Of a stretch of DNA of 64,000 bases, positions 58,080 through 64,000 are shown in pieces; positions within the stretch are counted from its first letter, which is position 1; each line of letters begins with the position of its first letter. The position numbers were made by a program, and so were the translations under genes. This DNA comes from Psammoneis japonica (lineage: Eukaryota), in assembly GCA_008632985.1 (NCBI GenBank), contig QPGO01000276.1, forward strand, positions 1 through 64,000, written 5' to 3'. The notes under the pieces were generated by a model, which saw nothing but the letters and a program-made list of their open reading frames with translations, had not been told where the DNA came from and searched no databases.

Positions 58080-60711
58080 GGCAAAGATTTCATGCTCGTG
58101 GCTGGTTAACGACAAGCCCATGACCCAATCTCTTTGTCTGACTTCGAGCCAAAGTGTTAGTGTAAATCGTTAAGTGTCATTTCCACTTCGACACAAAGAA
58201 AGCTAAATGGTTAGCGTAAATCGTTAAGTGTCATTTCCACTTCGACACAAAGACAGCTAAATGCTTAACGGCAGTGGTCAGATTTCAAAATCTGAGCAAT
58301 ACAGAAATGTCAATGATGAATTAGGATTTTTGATTGCATCTGCCGTAAATGTCATTACGCCAATTGCACTAATGAATACACAAATGAATTTGTATTCCAT
58401 CCTTTTCCTGAACTTTGATCTATCGGCATTTTCGATACGAGTACGCGATGACAACAATAAGGCATGCTTGTGTGTGTCATGGCCATAAGCTGTGAGGCGT
58501 ACCATCACATTTGGATTGAACTCGGGGATCTTGATGTCGAAAGTAGCCATTTGTTTGACATTCGTGATTTTTCATCGCCCACAAACTGGGATTTCAACTG
58601 AGTCGAGTTGATGTTGGACGTGTTTCAAAGCACTGCATTTGATGAAACAATTGAGGGCTCTGGAATTATGGCATTTTATGCCATGGAGACTTAAAACAGT
58701 AAATGGGTTGACAATCAAGCAGTGATCGGGTTTGCCAACATTTCCAAAAATGTGACAACAAAAATTGCATCACTCAACAACCAACAACATCTCAAGAGAT
58801 AGAAACAAGAAAAGTGACTCCTCTTTGCACTTGAATTAAAAGAGACAACAATGCACAACAAACATTTGAGAAGGACAAGAAGCTCTTGAATGCATGGAAC
58901 AAGAAGAGAGTCAATGAATCGCTCTTGCTTCGAACCTCATGACCTGTTCTCTCCATGATGGTGGTTGGCTGAAAGTTTGGTGGTGGTTTTTTATGTGACT
59001 TGCAGCTTGAGGCATGTTGATGCATGAACACATGGCCCATGTGTGGTGTCACCTTTGGAATGTGCCACTTGTGGAGTTTGAGTGGACAACTCTCTGTGCT
59101 CAACCTTTGTCCGCCAAATGCTCCGTCAAAGTCCAGATGCTGCCCCATCCCACCCGACCATTGACACAAAACAGTTCTTGCAAAATGTTGTTGCCTGTTT
59201 CCCTCTTCCTCTGCAGAGCAGCTCTCTTGGTGACAGTGCTGCCCACATACCAGAATGTGCTCAAGAATGCTTTCCATTTTGCCAGCCAAGACACCCAACT
59301 CGGGGCTGTGTGGGCTCGAATCTCTCTCAAGACAAGCTGACATTTGTGCCTGGCACTGGTGGCAACGCTGAGCCCTCCTTCCTGTTTGACTTCCCAGGAG
59401 TGTGCCCAGACCTCCTGCATGCTGGGTGGCTCAACCACAAGAGTTGCTGTCTTTGTTGGTTTTGTCAGCAGGATGTGCCAAGGCTGCTCTGGCCATGTGT
59501 GCACGCCTGGCTGGCACCACAAGTCCCGGTGCAAGGACAGCTCCGACAGCACTTTCTGCTGTCAGCAAAGAGTGTGAGCTGGCTGGACTGCCAAACCCCA
59601 CACTTCACAGCTCCTTGGCAGTCACTCCAAATCAAGTGCCAACTTGGGGTCAACTGCACCTGGCTGGCTGCAATGCAAAGACAGCTGTGGCAGCACTTTG
59701 TGACAAAAAAGAGAGTGTGAGCTGGCTGGGCTCCCAACCCCACACTTCACAGCCCCTCAGCACTGGCTCCCAATCAAATGCCAGCTTGGGGCCAATGGCT
59801 GCAAAGCCATTGTTGCAAATCCCTGTGCCTGCTCCCTCACACAGCTGTGCACAGGGTCAACATGTGTGGCCTTTGCAAGATGGGCCCCTGGCTGGCTGCT
59901 GACTCCTCAGCCACGGCTTGCAACAAGCCACCACAACACAGAGCATTGTGGGGTGAGTGCAGCACAGCTTGAACAAGCAAACCATGCTGAGATCACCCAG
60001 AGTTGGCTGCTGTCCTGGGGCTCCATTCAAAGCTGAGCTGGGCTGCTTGGCTCCTTGGTGTGCAGCACATGCTTGGCATCACATTCTTGTCGCCAAGCAG
60101 CCACATGGCATGTGCCCACCATTTGTGCCTGCAACAGTGACCCCAGCCACAAAGAAGCCAACAAAAAGTTGAACCTGTTTTTGTGGTTGAAGAGTGAAGA
60201 AACAGTGAGCAAAGTTTGGTTCAAGATTTGTTGGCAATGCCAAGTGCTGGGCAACCAAAAAGAGGTGCCAAAAATGGCTGTTCTCACTCATTTCTCAAGA
60301 GGAGCTTGCACTCATGATGCAGGGTCTGAAGCAAGCACCAGTCAAGATGACAGTTTTTTCTCTCTGCTCCACTTAAAACACAGCCTTTGAGTCAATGTGG
60401 TGCTCTTTCAACAACTCACGCACACTGGGAGGAGCAGCTGGAGCCAGGGCAGCTGGCCTGGCAGGGCTTGGATGACACCCAAGCTGGGCTGCTCAGCCTG
60501 GTGGCACACACTCAGCGCCACATTGTTGCCCTCCTGCAGCCCGCAATGTGCCCCACTCTTGGCACCTGCAGCAACCACCCTGGACCAAAAGAAGCCAGCG
60601 CAACTCTGGCCATGGTTGCATGGTCAATTGTGTGTGTGTGTGTGTTCAACGGTTGATTCCCCTCTTTTTTTCTCTTTTCCTTTAACCGGCCACGAACATG
60701 AAAAAATTGCC
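58080..60711. mobile_element. Non-autonomous TIR DNA transposon (2632 bp) with 8-bp TSD, nested in copia gag
   Basis: Left end ggcaaagatttcatgctcgtggctggttaa; right end reverse complement ggcaattttttcatgttcgtggccggttaa. TSD ggacttgc at 58072-58079 and 60712-60719. Removal restores the gag frame (VEAADLPDAE). Confidence 0.9.
58157..58263 (+). repeat. ~53-bp tandem repeat x2 (subterminal in the TIR element)
   Basis: gttag(t/c)gtaaatcgttaagtgtcatttccacttcgacacaaaga.agctaaatg twice. Confidence 0.9.
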
Positions 60712-63700
60712 GGACTTGCCAGATGCTGAAACGGACGTTGTTGATGAAACTGCTGATGACGGAAAGAAGAAGAATGAAGCAAAGAAACGAAATGTGCCGT
60801 TGCAGCAGCAAATTTCACGATGGCGTTTACTGCTGAAGGTCTGATGGGCATTGTGTGTGCTTCTCAGATGACTGAGAGGCCCGGTGGGCTGGCATGGAAA
60901 ACAGTGAAGGCATTGCACGAGATGCACATGCCGCAGGACCTGATTTCGAAGGTCGAGTTGCATCGCGAATTGAACAAAGTGACATTGAAGGACAATGAAG
61001 AACCTGGAAAAATGTTTGAACAGTTGAAAGGGATTGAGAACAAGTTCAGTGCGGCATCACACAAGATTCCTGATGATGAGTTGATTGCCATCACATTTGA
61101 GAAAGCACCCAAAATGTGCAAGTCGGTTGTGACAACTGAACAATGCATCCAAGGCAATGATTTGGAAATGAAACATTTGCAAGAAGCAACGATGCAGTTG
61201 TGGAGGAACACAAGTGGTGGTTCCGAGCAAGAGAGTGCAAATGAAGTGAGTTTGACAGTGACAGAGTCGAGCATCATGTGTTGCAACTGTGGAGAGAAAG
61301 GGCACAAGGCCCATGAGTGCACCAAGCTGAGGAAACCCAAGAAAGGTGGCAGTGGTGGAGAAAAGAAATTTAAAGGAAAGTGCTTCAGCTGTGGTGAGAC
61401 AGGTCACAGGAGCAAGGATTGCTGGATGAATCCTGACAACGCGGACAAGGCTCCAGCATGGTTTAAAGAGAAACAGAAGAAGAGCAATGAGACCGGATTG
61501 TCAAGTGTGGATGCCGGAGCTAAAGTCGAGCTGTTGCTGACAAGCACGGAGACTGTGGAGTTTCCAGCAACTCTGAAATTGTTGGAGTCGGAAGAAGTGT
61601 GGGTGGCAGATTCAGGATCATCAGTTCATTCTTGTGCAAGCATGAGAGGTGCCAAGAATGTTGAGCGAGCAAGTGCTGATGACAAATTGACCATCAGCAA
61701 CAGTGCAGAGGAAGGAGCAAAGTCTGTTGTGGACTCACCTGGTGCCGCATGCAACAAGAATGGATGTGAGCTTGTGGACGCCACTCTGAAGGATGTCAGC
61801 ATTTTGCAACAAGCAACAAGTTCAACCCATTTGGCATTGCCAAGATGCAGATGCAAGGATGGGCACTTGGAGGTGACAAGAATGTGACATGGATTCGCAA
61901 GAATGGTGTCGAGATGAAATTCGACATCAAGATGCACACGAATCGAGGTGTGGCATTCGCAATGCACATGAAACGAGGACAAGGCGAGTTGTCCAACGCA
62001 ATGACACCAAGGAGGCTCAGCATTGAAAGAGCCCATTGTGAGTTGGGACATCCAAATGAAGACAAGACAAGATGCATCACAAAAATGTTGGGTTGGGAAT
62101 TGCTCATGGTGGTTTGGTGCTGTGCGAATCGTGTGTGGTGGGAAAAGCCAAGCAAAAGAATGTGCCACAGGAGAGTGAACACAAACCTGCTCAGGATGCA
62201 GGCAACCAAGCATTTTTGGATGTTGCAAGCATCAAGCAAGTCAAGGATGGTCCCAAGGTCAACTCCAAATGCTGTTGGAGGATTGTGGTTGATGAGCGCA
62301 CGCAGTTGAACCCCATGAACGCCAAGAGGCGATTGGAGAGCTGGCGCACCCTGGAGAAGACATTGCACTGGAAGCAACACCTCAAGAACCCCATGTGGAA
62401 GTCGGGGAGAGCACAGATCAACCAACGGAACATGATGAAAATGAAAATGGTGACAACGAAGAGCCAACGGAGTCTGTTGGCGGGGGAGAGATGAATGAAT
62501 CGGGTGATTCTGCCAATTTTGCACCAAATTTTGTGCCAACGACTCGATCTGGAAGAGCCATGAAACCGCCCAATGGACTCATTGCAGAGATTCAAAATGT
62601 CAAATTGACACCCGCTGAACAGAAATTTTGTGCTCACATGAAAGAACTGAATGTGTTGTCATCATTCTGTGAAGATGGTTTTGATCTGATGATCATGCAT
62701 GGACTGGAGCCAAAAGGACCAGAAGCATCTTTGGTCGGAGCCGGAGTCGGAGCCGGGTTCGACAATGCGGTGGAATTGAAAGTCATGAAGCACAACCAAG
62801 CCATGCAGACTGATGATGTGGAAGAATGGAATGATGCAGTTGAGGAAGAGCATGGCAAATTCCGGAGGTGCAAGGCATGGAAAGAAGTGCCAGCTGATGA
62901 GGTGCCGCACGATGCGAAAATCTTAAGTTCAATGTGGGCCATGAAGAAGAAAGCAGACGGAACCTGTCGTGCAAGGATCAATGCTTGTGGGTTTGAGCAG
63001 ATTGATGGAGAGCACTGCAAAGAAAGTGACAAGTCAGCACCAGTGGTGAATGACATCACAGCATGAATCGCGTTGGTTTTGATTGTTGTGGCGAATTTGT
63101 GGGCCGAGCTGCTGGGCATTCAAGGGGCATTTCTGAATGGAAGATTTGCTGAAGGAGAGAAACTTTGTGTGAAAGTTCCACAAGGATTTGAGAGATTCTA
63201 TCCAGAAAACGATGCATTGTTGTTGTCAAGGACAATTTGTGGATTGAAACAAGCAGCGATGTCATTCTGGTGCAAAACGCAGGAGGCATTCAAGAAGATG
63301 GAACATGCAAGGAGCCAAGCTGATCCCTGCTTGCAGTTCAAGTGGTTCAAGGAAGGATTGGTCATGTGGCTGACATGGGTTGATGATTGCTTGGTGGCAG
63401 GACCAACCAAACAAGTGAAAGAAGTGAAAGATCAGATGAAAGGTCTGTTCAACTGCACCAAGCTAGGAGAATTGAAAGAATGTGTTGGATGCAAGGTTGA
63501 CATTGAAAGAGACAAAGGATGGGCAAAACTTGCACAACCAGTGATGATGCAGAGCCACAAAGACGAGTTTGATTTGGGAGAAGAAACTTGTCCAAGGACT
63601 CCAGCGCCGGGAGGCTCATCACTTGTGAAAGGCAAAGACAAGGAATTAATGGAGCACAAGGATCAAAAGATTCACAGATCTGGAACAGGAAAGTTGCTGC

Positions 63701-64000
63701 ACATGATGAAATGGACAAGACCCGAGATTCTCAATGCAGTGAGAGAGCCATCAAGGCACATGAGTGGTGCTGTGAGAGCTCACATGGCTGCAATGAAGTG
63801 GGTGATGCGATGCTGTGTGAGAACACCGAAGAGAGGATTGTTGTTGAAACCAAATGCCAAGTGGAGCAGAGCCAAGGAGCATGAATTTGTCATTGTGGGC
63901 AAAAGTGATTCAGAGTGTGCAAAAGATCAGGAGACGAGGCACAGTGTGAATGATTGGAGCATGCATCTACACGAGGTGCCCATTTCGATGCGAAGCAAAA
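58700..64000. other. TpA-depleted hypermutated domain 6
   Basis: About nine TA by eye in 60.7-64.0 kb. The 355-aa gag/protease ORF 60820-61887 has no Tyr. Confidence 0.85.

Larger units (their letters stand above)
57649..64000 (+). mobile_element. Ty1/copia LTR retrotransposon, degenerate, interrupted by a TIR element, runs off the window
   Basis: Probable 5' LTR from TGTTG at 57649. gag ATG at 57929 (RLPSFDG..NFQI*WMR) resumes at 60712. Two CCHC knuckles, WVADSG protease, HxxLGH..CESC, integrase mostly deleted (~62310), RT (WAMKKKADGTCRARINACGFEQ; ICGLKQAA; WVDD), RNase H start (SDSECAKD). Confidence 0.92.

Overview
Eukaryotic genomic window, most likely from a pennate diatom. This is inferred from CoDi-type copia elements, an ASAF-like plastid-targeting motif, helicase-associated repeat proteins and short GT-AG introns. 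It is a mosaic of two compartments. Islands of ordinary composition (about 5.9-16.6, 20.1-23.1, 32.55-38.4, 40.5-42.9 and 54.5-58.7 kb) carry host genes: a ~3,000-aa secreted Pro/Ser-repeat protein, DUF389, FkbM-like, HA-repeat, RPA1, BTB, MYND and a SnoaL-IMPase fusion. Between them lie transposon-rich domains in which the TpA dinucleotide is almost entirely missing and has been replaced by TpG/CpA, with additional and apparently slower CpG loss. Conserved Tyr residues of two copia elements, a CRE-like LINE and several host genes read as Cys or His, and duplicated segments inside the window show the substitutions directly. This points to a regional A:T->G:C hypermutation process at TpA that differs from fungal RIP and from methyl-CpG decay, and it is the main candidate for an undescribed system. 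All counts and boundaries were read by eye, and frequent 1-bp indels plus an N suggest an imperfect assembly, so read-level confirmation is needed.
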